The position numbers were made by a program, and so were the translations under genes. 64,000 nucleotides of DNA. It comes from Chitinophaga pinensis (lineage in GTDB: Bacteria; Bacteroidota; Bacteroidia; Palsa-965). The notes below the pieces were generated by a model that did no database searches, had not been told where the DNA came from, and saw nothing but the letters and a program-made list of their open reading frames with translations. This document shows positions 10,525 through 19,846 of this stretch, one piece after another; position 1 is the first letter of the stretch, and each line of letters starts with the position of its first letter. Where the stretch lies: assembly GCA_943372645.1 (NCBI GenBank), contig CALRZN010000002.1:77192-141191 (forward strand), in the 5' to 3' direction.

Positions 10525-11742
10525 ATGAAAACTTTTGTTCCGCTTGTCCTGTTCCTCGTTTCTGATGCGCTGCATGCGCGTTCGGTTACTCCGCAGAAAG
10601 TGTACAACAGCACACAACTGCCGGCCCTGATTAAAAAAGTAAAAACAGACACGGCGCTTTCAGAAGAACGTGCTGCAGCCATGCTGTTTCACGACCTGCT
10701 GAACGGTTTCCGGAAAGAAAATAATTTAGACACTATTCCGTTCAACGATTCGCTTTGGCTTACTGCGCGCAACCACTGTGTGTGGATGCAACGCAACAAC
10801 GCGCTGGAACACCGGCAGAAAAGCGGTTCCGAATTGTTTTCGGGCGAAACCATGTATTCCCGCTACGATTTTATAGTGCGCGGCAAAAACACCCGCCTGG
10901 TGTGTGCTTCTGAAAACATTGCGCGTGGCGGTGTTTCTGCTGCCGGTGAACGCAACTCCCGCGTGTGGGACATGGCCGAATGGGCCCTCGGTACCTGGAA
11001 AAATTCAGCCGATCACAAAACAAACATGCTGAACCCGGCGACGTTTCTGCATCACGGGGTTTCGTTCCTCGTTGATTATGAACGCGGCACAGTATGGGTT
11101 GCAGATGTGTATGCACGCGACATTAAAAAATCGCTGGCACCCGTTGCAAACAAACCGGCTCCAGCAATTGAACCGGTGGAAACCACGCCGGTTGCTGTGG
11201 GCACACCCAAAGAACAACCCGTGGCAAGTGTGGAAAATGCTGCACCGGTGGTTTACGAACAACAGGTAAGTGCCGAAAACTTCAGCACCATGAAAGCCCG
11301 CAAGGCCCTGCTGCCCCTGCTGTATGCCGGTATGGGTAAAAAGAAGGAAGATGTGGTGGCGCTGGCTGCAACCAACCATGCCAAATACCTGGCAAGCGCA
11401 AAAGACTCGTGCACCGAAGAGAAAAAAGGCAAGTCCTATTATACCGGCAAAAATGTACAGAGCCGGGTGGTAAATGCAGCCAAAACGTTTCATAAACACA
11501 AATACCGCAAGATGACCTACAACGAGGAAATCGTGTACATCGAAATGCCGGTAAGTGAATACAACGAAAAAGCCATCGCCGCACGCCTGCGCAAAACACT
11601 CGAAGCCGGTGCCCGCGAACGCGAAAAAACACCGACGTATGTGGGCTACGGCATAGAAGTTAAAAAGACCCGCGACATTGTTAAGATATGGGCTGTACGC
11701 GTTGATGCCGACGCCAAAAACGAGGACAACCCGGACTTTTAA
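10525..11742 (+). CDS. Secreted CAP (SCP/PR-1-like) domain protein, two-domain
   Basis: Signal peptide MKTFVPLVLFLVSDALHA. CAP motifs ARNHCVWMQRNNALEHRQ, GENIA, W..S..HKTNML. C-terminal second module ends KIWAVRVD. Start taken at the internal Met after the signal-less leader. Confidence 0.68.
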   Translation: MKTFVPLVLFLVSDALHARSVTPQKVYNSTQLPALIKKVKTDTALSEERAAAMLFHDLLNGFRKENNLDTIPFNDSLWLTARNHCVWMQRNNALEHRQKSGSELFSGETMYSRYDFIVRGKNTRLVCASENIARGGVSAAGERNSRVWDMAEWALGTWKNSADHKTNMLNPATFLHHGVSFLVDYERGTVWVADVYARDIKKSLAPVANKPAPAIEPVETTPVAVGTPKEQPVASVENAAPVVYEQQVSAENFSTMKARKALLPLLYAGMGKKKEDVVALAATNHAKYLASAKDSCTEEKKGKSYYTGKNVQSRVVNAAKTFHKHKYRKMTYNEEIVYIEMPVSEYNEKAIAARLRKTLEAGAREREKTPTYVGYGIEVKKTRDIVKIWAVRVDADAKNEDNPDF

Positions 11743-11902
11743 AACACACTGAACGAAGGATGATTTCGGGCCGGTTAAATCAACCGGTCCGAAAAAATCC
11801 GGGATATTTTGCAACGAATCGTCACTTTACGCGTTATACATCCATAAAGCACAACAAAAGCACTGATGAACAACACCTACCTGCACCTATACCGCACATG
11901 TT

Positions 11903-13024
11903 ATGAGGTACTTCATGCTTTTGACCGTATTGCTGGCCGCCCCGAACCTGGAGGCGCGCTCCACCGCACCACGTAAAATTTACACCGCAGCCCAGCTGCC
12001 CGAGTTGCTTAAGAAAGCAAAAACCGATTCGGCGCTTTATGAAGAGCGTGCCGCAGCCATGCTGTTTCACAAACTCATCAACGAATACCGCCGCGAAAAG
12101 AATACCGATACACTCGCCTGGAACGATACACTGTGGCTGGCTTCGCGCAACCACTGCGTGTGGATGATGGAACAGAACGAACTGACCCACCACCAGGCAA
12201 AAGGCTCCCCGCTGTTTACCGGCGGCAGTCCCGGTGACCGTTACAACTATGTGGTAAACAACAAGGGCCGCCACAGCTGGTCGGGCGAAAATGCGCTGTA
12301 CAACTTTTCGCACAACTATTCTCCCATGAAGACGCGGATCAAAATGATTGCTGAAAAATCATTTGGTCAGTGGCAGAATTCGCCCGGACACAATGAAAAC
12401 ATGCTGAACAAAGGCAGCGCGGTTCACGGTGTAGCGTTTGTGATTGATGAAGAAAACGACCGCACCTGGGGTGTTGACCTGTTTGCCCGCCGGCCGTATG
12501 GTGAAGCAGTTCCGGTAAGTTCATCGAAAGAAGAATTTACCAAACAGGAAACTGTTACTGGTTCGGATAAAACACCGACCGCTTCTGTACAGAAATTTAA
12601 CGCCACCAAATCGCGCGCAAAACTGTACGACCTGTTGTATGCCGACCGTAAAAAATACAAAGACGAAGTAATTGCCGAAGCCGCTGCAAAACATGCACGC
12701 TACTTAGCCAATACCAGCAGCGAAGGCCACCGCCAGGAAAAAGGCAAAGTGTATTATACCGGCAAAGACGCGAAACAGCGCGTACGCGCGGCGGCCAGCG
12801 GATTAGATAAAATACGCTACCGCAAACTGAAAATAAACGAAAGCGTTGCCTACATGGAAGTGCCGGCCGCCGGGTTCAATGAAAAAGAACTGGCCGAAGC
12901 CATTCGTACCATGTGGGAAAATGACAGCCAGGGAACGGACGCTACCCGCGTAGGCGTCGGACTGGAAGTAAAACGGGTAAAAGACAAGGTGAAGATATGG
13001 GCAGTGCGTGTAGAAGGCAATTGA
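11903..13024 (+). CDS. Secreted CAP domain protein, paralog of the upstream gene
   Basis: Same architecture and near-identical motifs (ERAAAMLFH, SRNHCVWM, HNENML, KIWAVRVEGN). Signal peptide MRYFMLLTVLLAAPNLEA. Confidence 0.68.
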   Translation: MRYFMLLTVLLAAPNLEARSTAPRKIYTAAQLPELLKKAKTDSALYEERAAAMLFHKLINEYRREKNTDTLAWNDTLWLASRNHCVWMMEQNELTHHQAKGSPLFTGGSPGDRYNYVVNNKGRHSWSGENALYNFSHNYSPMKTRIKMIAEKSFGQWQNSPGHNENMLNKGSAVHGVAFVIDEENDRTWGVDLFARRPYGEAVPVSSSKEEFTKQETVTGSDKTPTASVQKFNATKSRAKLYDLLYADRKKYKDEVIAEAAAKHARYLANTSSEGHRQEKGKVYYTGKDAKQRVRAAASGLDKIRYRKLKINESVAYMEVPAAGFNEKELAEAIRTMWENDSQGTDATRVGVGLEVKRVKDKVKIWAVRVEGN

Positions 13025-13042
13025 TTTACCTGTTTATTGATA

Positions 13043-13088
13043 ACGGGCAGCAGGAAAGTAGCATTCCTGTTGCCCGTTTTGTTTTTCC
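13043..13088 (+). terminator. Rho-independent terminator after the second CAP-domain gene
   Basis: acgggcagcaggaa / loop agtagca / ttcctgttgcccgt, followed by ttttgttttt. Confidence 0.6.
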
Positions 13089-13166
13089 GGGCAGTGTTGG
13101 CATTCCGAACCGCCTGCCTGTTGGCGCAATACTGCAGTATATTTGCGCTGCAAACAGAAACAAAAC

Positions 13167-14291
13167 ATGAACGCATTTCAACTACTTTTTACTGCTGCGT
13201 GTATTGCTGCTGCGGGCGCTGCATCTGCGCAGGGCTGTGTGGCGGTACGCCCGATGAGCTGTGCCGCACCGGGATCTTCCGGTTCTTCGCCTGCACTTCA
13301 TAAGGGCCAATGGCAGTCCGGTACCAGTTACCGTTATTTTAAATCGTACAAACATTTCAGGGGCGACTCGGAACAGGAAGAGCGCGTGGAGGCCGGCACT
13401 GAAGTAATCAACATTGCACATTCGGCCGATTTCAGCCTCGCATACGGACTTTCGAACCGGCTGAGCGCGGGTATAAATATCCCGGTGATTTATTACGACC
13501 GTTCATCGCTGTATGAACATTACGGCAACAGCCTCACCGCCAATCCCGACCAGCTTCGTTTTCATACCAGTGCTGCAGGACTGGGCGATGTCCGCATCAG
13601 CGGGACGTACTGGCTGTTTAACCCGGACAAGGATTCGCTCCGCGGCAATATCGCCGTAGGCCTTGGTGTGAAAACGCCAAGCGGTAATTCCAACGTAAAC
13701 GATGATTTTCATAAACGCACCGCAGACGGGCGCGATTCGGTGATCACTGCTTCTGTTGATCAGTCTATCCAGCCCGGCGATGGAGGCTGGGGTGCCACAC
13801 TGGAATTGCAGGGGTACTACAAAGTTTCAAAAAACTGCTGGCTGTATGCGGCCGGGTATTACCTGTTTAACCCGATGGGCGTAAACAAAACCGTTACGCG
13901 CGGGGCGACCGATCCGCTGATCATCAATCATTCCATTGCCGACCAGTTCAGCACACGTATGGGTGTTACATTTCCCGTTGTGAAAAAAATAAACCTGCTG
14001 GGCAGTTTCGGAAGCCGTTTTGAAGGCGTTCCTGCGCACGATGTGTTTGGCAGCAGTGAAGGATTCCGCCGCCCGGGTTACATCGTATCGGCCGATCCCG
14101 GTATTTCGTGGCTGCACAACAACCTGAACATTGCACTCAATGTGCCTGTTGCATTGTACCGCAACCGCGTAAAAAGCGTGTACGACCTGGCCGACCCTGC
14201 CGGCAAACGCCACGGCGATGCGGCTTTTGCCGATTACCTCATCAGCCTCAACCTCCTGTATCGTTTCGGGAAAAAGATGGATGCGCATTAA
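13167..14291 (+). CDS. Outer membrane beta-barrel protein
   Basis: Signal peptide MNAFQLLFTAACIAAAGAASAQ and C-terminal …LLYRFGKKMDAH. Alternating amphipathic strands. Confidence 0.55.
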   Translation: MNAFQLLFTAACIAAAGAASAQGCVAVRPMSCAAPGSSGSSPALHKGQWQSGTSYRYFKSYKHFRGDSEQEERVEAGTEVINIAHSADFSLAYGLSNRLSAGINIPVIYYDRSSLYEHYGNSLTANPDQLRFHTSAAGLGDVRISGTYWLFNPDKDSLRGNIAVGLGVKTPSGNSNVNDDFHKRTADGRDSVITASVDQSIQPGDGGWGATLELQGYYKVSKNCWLYAAGYYLFNPMGVNKTVTRGATDPLIINHSIADQFSTRMGVTFPVVKKINLLGSFGSRFEGVPAHDVFGSSEGFRRPGYIVSADPGISWLHNNLNIALNVPVALYRNRVKSVYDLADPAGKRHGDAAFADYLISLNLLYRFGKKMDAH

Positions 14292-14301
14292 CGTCGCATA
14301 T

Positions 14302-14340
14302 AAAAAAGTGCGGCCCCGTAACGGAGCCGCACTTTTTTTG
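14302..14340. terminator. Bidirectional rho-independent terminator
   Basis: aaaaaa-gtgcggc-cccgtaacggag-gccgcac-ttttttt. A-run and T-run flank the stem, and it sits between convergent genes. Confidence 0.7.
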
Positions 14341-14355
14341 TGCGTTGCCGGAAGC

Positions 14356-15417
14356 TTATTTTCCGCCGTTTTTGATAAACGTACGCAGGTTGTTTTTTTC
14401 GCTGTCAAAAGTCAGTTCATCCACTAATTTGTAGAAGTTGTTCTGGTCCGGGCATTTGGCGTAGCCGCCTTTGAACACGGTCAGTTTTTCTTCGCCGAAC
14501 GAAAACTCTTTCGACATGGTGCGCAGTTGTTCAACGCTGAAACAGTTGCTGGTTTCGAGCAGCGTAATCACCGGCAGTTTTTCACTGGTGAATGCTTTCG
14601 CGCGGATGTTTTTCATCATTTCAGCAAACTCCTGCTCAGTTACTTTGCAAACAGGCGGTGGCGGCGGCGGAGCCAGTACGTTTTTCGCGTAGCTCATCCA
14701 TTCGTTTTGTGCTGATACGGTTGAGAACAATACGATGCCGCTCTGGTAGTTGCCCTGGTCATACACCCGCGGGAAGGTGTTCATCAGTGTGCGCATACGC
14801 AATGTTTCTGCCTGCATCAGCGAAGCGAGTTTCATTACATGTGCAAAACCGAGACATGATTGTGCCGATGCAAGATCAATGGCCACGTATTTCGATTCGT
14901 CGGTGGGCTGACTGAAAACGTTCTGTGCAATTTTTTTGAATTCGTCTTCGCTGATTACCGGGCCGGGACATCCTTTGGTGCCGGTATAACCCGCAGTTGC
15001 CGGGTACGCCCAGGTCGGAAATGTGGGTCCGGAAGCAGGCGGCGGAGGTGTGGGCTGCGCCAGCGTGCCGATGTAATCGTGCAGGCGGAAAGCCATGGAG
15101 AATGCGGCAAACGCATCGTACACATCATAAAAGTTGGCACGGTCAACCGTGTGTGAATAGGCCTGTTTACAGAATTCGAGGCGGTACGCATCATCATTAA
15201 AAAGCAGTGCGATGTTTTTCACCTGTCCGCTCATAAAACAGTTTTTATTCAGGAGCGCTACGGCTTTATCGAACTTGGCCTGGTTGTTTTGCTGTATGGC
15301 AATCTGTGTAAAGCCATTCTGGTAAATCACGTCCGGTGCGGGCGCGGTGCAGTTCTGTGCTGTGGAAGCAGTAGCCGTAACAACAAGAAGCGTTAGTGTA
15401 GTAAAAATGTTTTTCAT
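14356..15417 (-). CDS. Secreted DUF4476-like repeat protein
   Basis: Signal peptide MKNIFTTLTLLVVTATASTAQ. Internal repeats of C…EFxxM/IxxxFxS/TEKLxVxxxxxxxxCFSxxQLxxMxKEFSFxxxKL, and poly-Pro linkers (PPPPPP). Confidence 0.55.
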   Translation of the reverse strand: MKNIFTTLTLLVVTATASTAQNCTAPAPDVIYQNGFTQIAIQQNNQAKFDKAVALLNKNCFMSGQVKNIALLFNDDAYRLEFCKQAYSHTVDRANFYDVYDAFAAFSMAFRLHDYIGTLAQPTPPPPASGPTFPTWAYPATAGYTGTKGCPGPVISEDEFKKIAQNVFSQPTDESKYVAIDLASAQSCLGFAHVMKLASLMQAETLRMRTLMNTFPRVYDQGNYQSGIVLFSTVSAQNEWMSYAKNVLAPPPPPPVCKVTEQEFAEMMKNIRAKAFTSEKLPVITLLETSNCFSVEQLRTMSKEFSFGEEKLTVFKGGYAKCPDQNNFYKLVDELTFDSEKNNLRTFIKNGGK

Positions 15418-15609
15418 AACAGTTGGTTTGTGTGTAGGTTAACAATTCCCGTTCCAAAGAAACAATAATTATTTTATTCCGCGTTTAATGCCGGGCTAAA
15501 AACCACACGGCACAAGGGTTTCGACGGTGCTATTATTTTCCGGAAAAAGAAGCCATATTTGTATTGTCCGGCGAAAAAAACACTGCCGGGTGTATAAAAA
15601 AACGATACC

Positions 15610-16347
15610 ATGCCCGCAACAAACTGGACAGCTGCACTGCAGCCGCTGCTGAAAAAATACAAAAACAAACCACATCCGCTCGCATATAAAAACATGTACC
15701 AGCTGATGGTAATGGTGGTGCTTTCCGCACAGGATTCCGACAAAAACATCAACAACCTGGCGCCGGAGCTTTTTGCGGCGTTTCCCGATATGGCTGCCCT
15801 GGCGCGTGCGGATGCGGAAGCGCTGTTTCCGTATGTGCGCAAGGTGCGCAACTTTGGCAACAAAACGAAGTGGCTGCAGCAGATTGCACAGGCGGTGAAA
15901 ACGGATAAAAATATTCCGCTGACCATGGATACGCTTACGGTGTTGCCGGGCATCGGCCGTAAATCGGCCAGTGTCATCATGCGCGAAGCGGGCAAACCGG
16001 CCGAAGGCATCATCGTTGATCTGCACGTGGTTCGCGTGGCACCGCGCATCGGCATCGCCGAAGGCACCGATCCGAAAAAAATAGAAAAACAATTGCTCGA
16101 AACCGTTCCGCAAAAAGACTGGGGCGAAGCCGGCATGGCCATTTCGTTCCTCGGCCGCGAAACCTGCCGCCCCACAAATCCCGATTGCGCAAACTGCGTG
16201 ATGAATGCGCACTGCGCCTATTTCAAAAGCAATGGCAGCAAACCTGTAGTGAAAAAGGCTGCTGCTGCAAAAAAGAAAACCGCTGTGAAAAAAGTATCGG
16301 CTGCTAAAGCGGTAAAGAAAAAAGTTCCAGCGAAAACGAATAAATGA
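15610..16347 (+). CDS. nth: Endonuclease III (HhH-GPD, [4Fe-4S]) with Lys/Ala-rich C-terminal tail
   Basis: LPGIGRKSASVIM (HhH-GPD) and CRPTNPDCANCVMNAHC (4Fe-4S cluster loop). The tail is KKAAAAKKKTAVKKVSAAKAVKKKVPAKTNK. Stop overlaps the next gene (ATGA at 16344-16347). Confidence 0.85.
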   Translation: MPATNWTAALQPLLKKYKNKPHPLAYKNMYQLMVMVVLSAQDSDKNINNLAPELFAAFPDMAALARADAEALFPYVRKVRNFGNKTKWLQQIAQAVKTDKNIPLTMDTLTVLPGIGRKSASVIMREAGKPAEGIIVDLHVVRVAPRIGIAEGTDPKKIEKQLLETVPQKDWGEAGMAISFLGRETCRPTNPDCANCVMNAHCAYFKSNGSKPVVKKAAAAKKKTAVKKVSAAKAVKKKVPAKTNK

Positions 16348-17036
16348 AAAACGCACTCATCACCGGCGCCACCAAAGGCATCGGCCTGGAAACTGCGCGG
16401 CAGCTGGCAAAAAAAGGATTCCGCGTTTTTATCACCGGCAGAAACGAGGATAAACTGCAGCAGGCCAAAAACATTTTGCAGGCAGATGGACTCACCATTG
16501 AAACGCTGCTGCTGGATGTGAGCGATGAAAAAAGCATCACTGCTGCTGCACACACATTTGCGGCGCTGCATACAAAACTGGATGTGCTCATCAACAACGC
16601 CGCCATCCTGCTGAAAGCCGACAACCGCCTGGCAACTGATGCAGCTGCTTTGTTTGAAGAAACCATGCGCACCAATGTGCACGGTCCGTTGCGCGTAACG
16701 CAGGCCCTGCTGCCGTATATGAATACGCCTGCACGCATCATCAACATTTCGAGTGCTGGCGGTTCCATGTCGGAGCCCGTGGGTGGCTGGTCGCCGGCCT
16801 ACTGCGTTTCAAAAACCGCACTCAATAGCATTACGCGGCAGCTGGCGGCAGAACTGGCTTCCCGAAAAATAGCAGTGAATGCGGTACATCCCGGCTGGGT
16901 AAAAACCGACATGGGCGGCAGCAGCGCCCCGCGCAGTATCGAAAAAGGCGCCGAAACCCCGGTGTGGCTGGCTTCTGCGGCAGCGCAGGAGTTAACCGGG
17001 TCGTTTTTTATGGATAAAAAAGCGATGGACTGGTGA
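16344..17036 (+). CDS. Short-chain dehydrogenase/reductase (SDR)
   Basis: TGATKGIGLETARQLAKKG (TGxxxGxG), NNAA, and a YxxxK-type catalytic region (YCVSK). Confidence 0.85.
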   Translation: MKNALITGATKGIGLETARQLAKKGFRVFITGRNEDKLQQAKNILQADGLTIETLLLDVSDEKSITAAAHTFAALHTKLDVLINNAAILLKADNRLATDAAALFEETMRTNVHGPLRVTQALLPYMNTPARIINISSAGGSMSEPVGGWSPAYCVSKTALNSITRQLAAELASRKIAVNAVHPGWVKTDMGGSSAPRSIEKGAETPVWLASAAAQELTGSFFMDKKAMDW

Positions 17037-17157
17037 AACCGGCACCCGGCTTTATGTGGCAATTATGTAAGTTATAGGTTTCACGGTGTAACAGGAAGGA
17101 CAGCTTGCTGCCTCACCTTTGTGGCAGGGCAGAACTAACTGAAGCCCTCTCAACACC

Positions 17158-18774
17158 ATGAAAATAAAATTACCTTTTCAATTTACCATTGCTGCATTAA
17201 TCACCTTGCCGGGAATACAATTTGCCCAGGCGCCTCCGCTCGGAACGGCTGCAAACTTTGTACTCTTTTCCACAAGCGGGGCAGTAGGAAACTCCGGCAT
17301 TTCACAGCTTACCGGAAATGTAGGAACCAATAACGGCCTGAATTCCGGATTCGGAAATGTAAACGGTAACATGCACGACAATGACCTTGTGAGTGCACAA
17401 TGTGCGTCGGATCTGCTCATCGCATACAACCAGCTTAACAGCACGGTTGCCACTTTCTTCCCTTCGTCGCTGTTTGGAAACGGCCAGGTACTTATTCCCG
17501 GTGTTTATTCGGTTTCCAGCGCAGCCACGCTGAATCTTGACCTTACCTTAAACGGGCAAAACGATCCGAATGCGGTTTTCATTTTTCAGATCCAGGGTCC
17601 TTTTTCAACCAATGCCAATTCAAAAGTAAACCTCATTAACGGCGCAATGGCCTGCAATGTATTCTGGAAAGTAGAAGGACTGGTGAGCATGGCTTCCGGA
17701 ACAACTATGCGCGGAACCATTATTGCAAACAATGCGGCAATTGTAATGAATACCAGCGACACCCTGGAAGGACGTGCTCTTACTACAACCGGGGCGATAA
17801 CCGTTGACGGCACAATGGCCTACACACCGGTAGGTTGCGGAAGCCCGGTCCTCACCGGTCCTGCTTTTCCGCCACTCGCTTCAACCGAATGTTATGCCCT
17901 CTTTTCTGCTGACGGTGCTGTTACCAACGCAGGTATTACCTACGCCACCGGTGACATCGGGACGAACGTGGGATTAACCACCGGTTTTAATCAGCTGAAT
18001 GTAACCGGAATTATTCACCCGATACCGGATGTTTCAACTGCACAGTGTGCTGCTGATCTCGGCGTGCTTTACACCTACCTCAACACCTTACCGGCTGATA
18101 TCGAGTTGCTTTATCCTGCCCAGTTTGGTGGTAATCTTGTGCTCACACCACACACGTATATTATGAATGCCGCCGCCGTGCTTACAGACACCCTGTACCT
18201 TAACGCGATGGGTGATGCAAATGCCGTGTTTGTAATCCAGGTGAACGGGGCGTTCTCTACAAGTACGTATTCGAAAGTGATTTTAACCAACGGCACGCAG
18301 GCTAAAAATGTGTTCTGGAAAATAGATGGTGCGGTTAACATTAATGACTATTCGGTTTTCAACGGTTCTGTAATTTGTAATAACGGGGCTGTAAGTCTCA
18401 ATACCGGCACTACTGTCAATGGACGTGTATTTACCACCACAGGCACATTAACCACACAGGCTATTACAGCTACAATTCCCCCGGGATGCATCGGCCTCGG
18501 AATCGGGGTTACCGGGTCAGCTACCAGTGAAGCCGTTACCGTTTATCCGAATCCGTTCACAAACCAGTTGTTTTTCAACCTGAACAGTGGATCAACCACA
18601 GGCTCCTGCCAGCTGGTAATTTACAATGTGCTCGGTGAAGAAGTAATGGGTACTGCCATCACCGGGCAAACAGCCACAATTGAAACAAGTGCGCTGCCTG
18701 CCGGAATTTATTTTTACAAAATAACCGGACAATCCAAAACGATCCAGGCCGGGAGGCTTGTTTCGAATCAATAA
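17158..18774 (+). CDS. Tandem DUF3494 (ice-binding-protein-like) protein with T9SS C-terminal sorting domain
   Basis: Two internal repeats of about 230 aa, each starting AANFVLFS…AVGNSG…TGNVGTN / ECYALFSADGAVTNAGITYATGDIGTN (DUF3494 signature A-A-N-F…G-D-x-G). C-terminal VTVYPNPFTNQLFF…GIYFYKI is a Por-secretion CTD. Confidence 0.68.
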   Translation: MKIKLPFQFTIAALITLPGIQFAQAPPLGTAANFVLFSTSGAVGNSGISQLTGNVGTNNGLNSGFGNVNGNMHDNDLVSAQCASDLLIAYNQLNSTVATFFPSSLFGNGQVLIPGVYSVSSAATLNLDLTLNGQNDPNAVFIFQIQGPFSTNANSKVNLINGAMACNVFWKVEGLVSMASGTTMRGTIIANNAAIVMNTSDTLEGRALTTTGAITVDGTMAYTPVGCGSPVLTGPAFPPLASTECYALFSADGAVTNAGITYATGDIGTNVGLTTGFNQLNVTGIIHPIPDVSTAQCAADLGVLYTYLNTLPADIELLYPAQFGGNLVLTPHTYIMNAAAVLTDTLYLNAMGDANAVFVIQVNGAFSTSTYSKVILTNGTQAKNVFWKIDGAVNINDYSVFNGSVICNNGAVSLNTGTTVNGRVFTTTGTLTTQAITATIPPGCIGLGIGVTGSATSEAVTVYPNPFTNQLFFNLNSGSTTGSCQLVIYNVLGEEVMGTAITGQTATIETSALPAGIYFYKITGQSKTIQAGRLVSNQ

Positions 18775-18917
18775 AAACCGCTGAACGCGTTTGAAAAGCC
18801 TCCTGTAATGCGGGAGGTTTTTCATTTTTAAGCCGCAGGCCCCTGCGGCAGATAATTCGCGGATACTTCCTTTGGATTAAAATATTTTCTTATTTTTGTC
18901 GCCCGTTCAGCATCTTA

Positions 18918-18993
<76 letters not shown>

Positions 18994-19000
18994 CGACTTA

Positions 19001-19037
19001 AACCTGTTCATTCCATTGGACAGGTTTTTTGTTTTTT
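19001..19037 (+). terminator. Terminator hairpin after tRNA-Ala
   Basis: cctgt…acagg stem followed by ttttttgtttttt. The same element recurs after the tRNA-like copy at 19589..19627. Confidence 0.55.
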
Positions 19038-19047
19038 ATACCATTTG

Positions 19048-19115
19048 TTGGAAGCGCTTGCTTGTCCCGACAGACGTCGGGAAAGAGGTCAGCGGTTCGA
19101 CTCCGATATGCTCCA
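19048..19115 (+). pseudogene. tRNA-Ala-derived fragment with anticodon arm replaced by cccgac-agac-gtcggg hairpin (copy B)
   Basis: ttggaagcgcttg + cttgtcccgacagacgtcgggaaag + aggtcagcggttcgactccgatatgctcca. Lacks the 5' acceptor strand and D-stem and has no anticodon. Followed by a degenerate copy of the terminator. Confidence 0.6.
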
Positions 19116-19188
19116 CGACTTAAACCTGTTCATTTTTGTGACCGAATTTTGTTATTTTAACCCATTAAACGGCGCGTTTGTGCCTACC

Positions 19189-19235
19189 GGCAGATGTCGG
19201 GAAAGGGAGCTGAGGCTCCTCTCCAATATGTTCAA
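19189..19235 (+). pseudogene. Further degenerate tRNA-Ala-derived fragment (copy C)
   Basis: ggcagatgtcgggaaag matches the replacement hairpin 3' half. The T-arm is replaced by a ggagctgaggctcc hairpin, then aatatgttca resembles the acceptor 3' strand. Confidence 0.4.
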
Positions 19236-19267
19236 ATTAACGTTTTCTTTTTTATAGTGGGCTGGTT

Positions 19268-19519
19268 ATGTCATACTTCGTGTACATCATCTTTTCTGGG
19301 AAGCTTAATAAATATTACGTCGGTTATACTGAAAATATGGAAAAACGGATCAGTGACCATATCTCCGGTATATCTGCTTTCACCTCAAAAGCCAATGACT
19401 GGGAATTAAAATACTCCGAAGCGTTTTCCTCCAGGGAAGAGGCGATGCAAAGGGAAAAATCGATTAAAAAGAAGAAAAGCAGAAAATATCTCGAATGGTT
19501 GATCAGCTCAGCTGGCTAG
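19268..19519 (+). CDS. Small GIY-YIG nuclease family protein
   Basis: 83 aa MSYFVYIIFSGKLNKYYVGYTENMEKRISDH… (GIY…YVG…R…H core). The last codons (…W L I S S A G stop) are read from a tRNA-derived 5' stub plus D-loop sequence (tggttgatcagctcagctggctag). Confidence 0.78.
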   Translation: MSYFVYIIFSGKLNKYYVGYTENMEKRISDHISGISAFTSKANDWELKYSEAFSSREEAMQREKSIKKKKSRKYLEWLISSAG

Positions 19520-19582
19520 AGCGCTTGCTTGTCCCGACAGACGTCGGGAAAGAGGTCATCGGTTCGACTCCGATATTCTCCA
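19501..19582 (+). pseudogene. tRNA-Ala-like copy D: D-arm and T-arm intact, anticodon arm replaced, 5' acceptor strand mutated
   Basis: gatcagctcagctggctagagcgcttg + cttgtcccgacagacgtcgggaaag + aggtcatcggttcgactccgatattctcca. The 5' strand ggttgat would give 2 mismatches with the acceptor 3' strand. No anticodon triplet. Followed by the same terminator (19589..19627). Confidence 0.6.
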
Positions 19583-19634
19583 CGACTTAAACCTGTTCAT
19601 TTAATTGGACAGGTTTTTTGTTTTTTAGATCAAA

Positions 19635-19720
19635 TTGTTGGGGCGCTTGTGACCATAGGGACATGGGCGACATGTCCCTATGGTCACAGGCGTCTCACGG
19701 TGCGGCAGGCTTTGCCACAA
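19635..19720 (+). repeat. tRNA-derived fragment copy E carrying a perfect 17-bp inverted repeat
   Basis: Begins ttgttggggcgcttg, like copy B. gtgaccatagggacatg (19649-19665), loop ggcga, then catgtccctatggtcac (19671-19687). Confidence 0.5.
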
Positions 19721-19846
19721 AAAACCCTTCTTCCTTTTTACTACCTTACCCTCCCCTGTTAAAGCATAAAACCAAAAACAGAACAAGAGCTTAAACAAAA
19801 CCGGCCGGCCCTTGTTGTATTAGTTCTAACACAAATAAACAGCAAA

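Noticed and set aside
11755-11810. Hairpin ttcgggccggtt-aaatc-aaccggtccgaa after the first CAP gene
   Set aside because: It is followed by an A-run rather than a U-run on the coding strand, and preceded rather than followed by T's on the other strand. It does not fit an intrinsic terminator and is probably just a stem-loop. It is not called.
15496-16356. 286-aa and 233-aa minus-strand ORFs
   Set aside because: Antisense to nth, which has HhH-GPD and Fe-S motifs. They are Cys/Phe/Arg-rich shadow ORFs.
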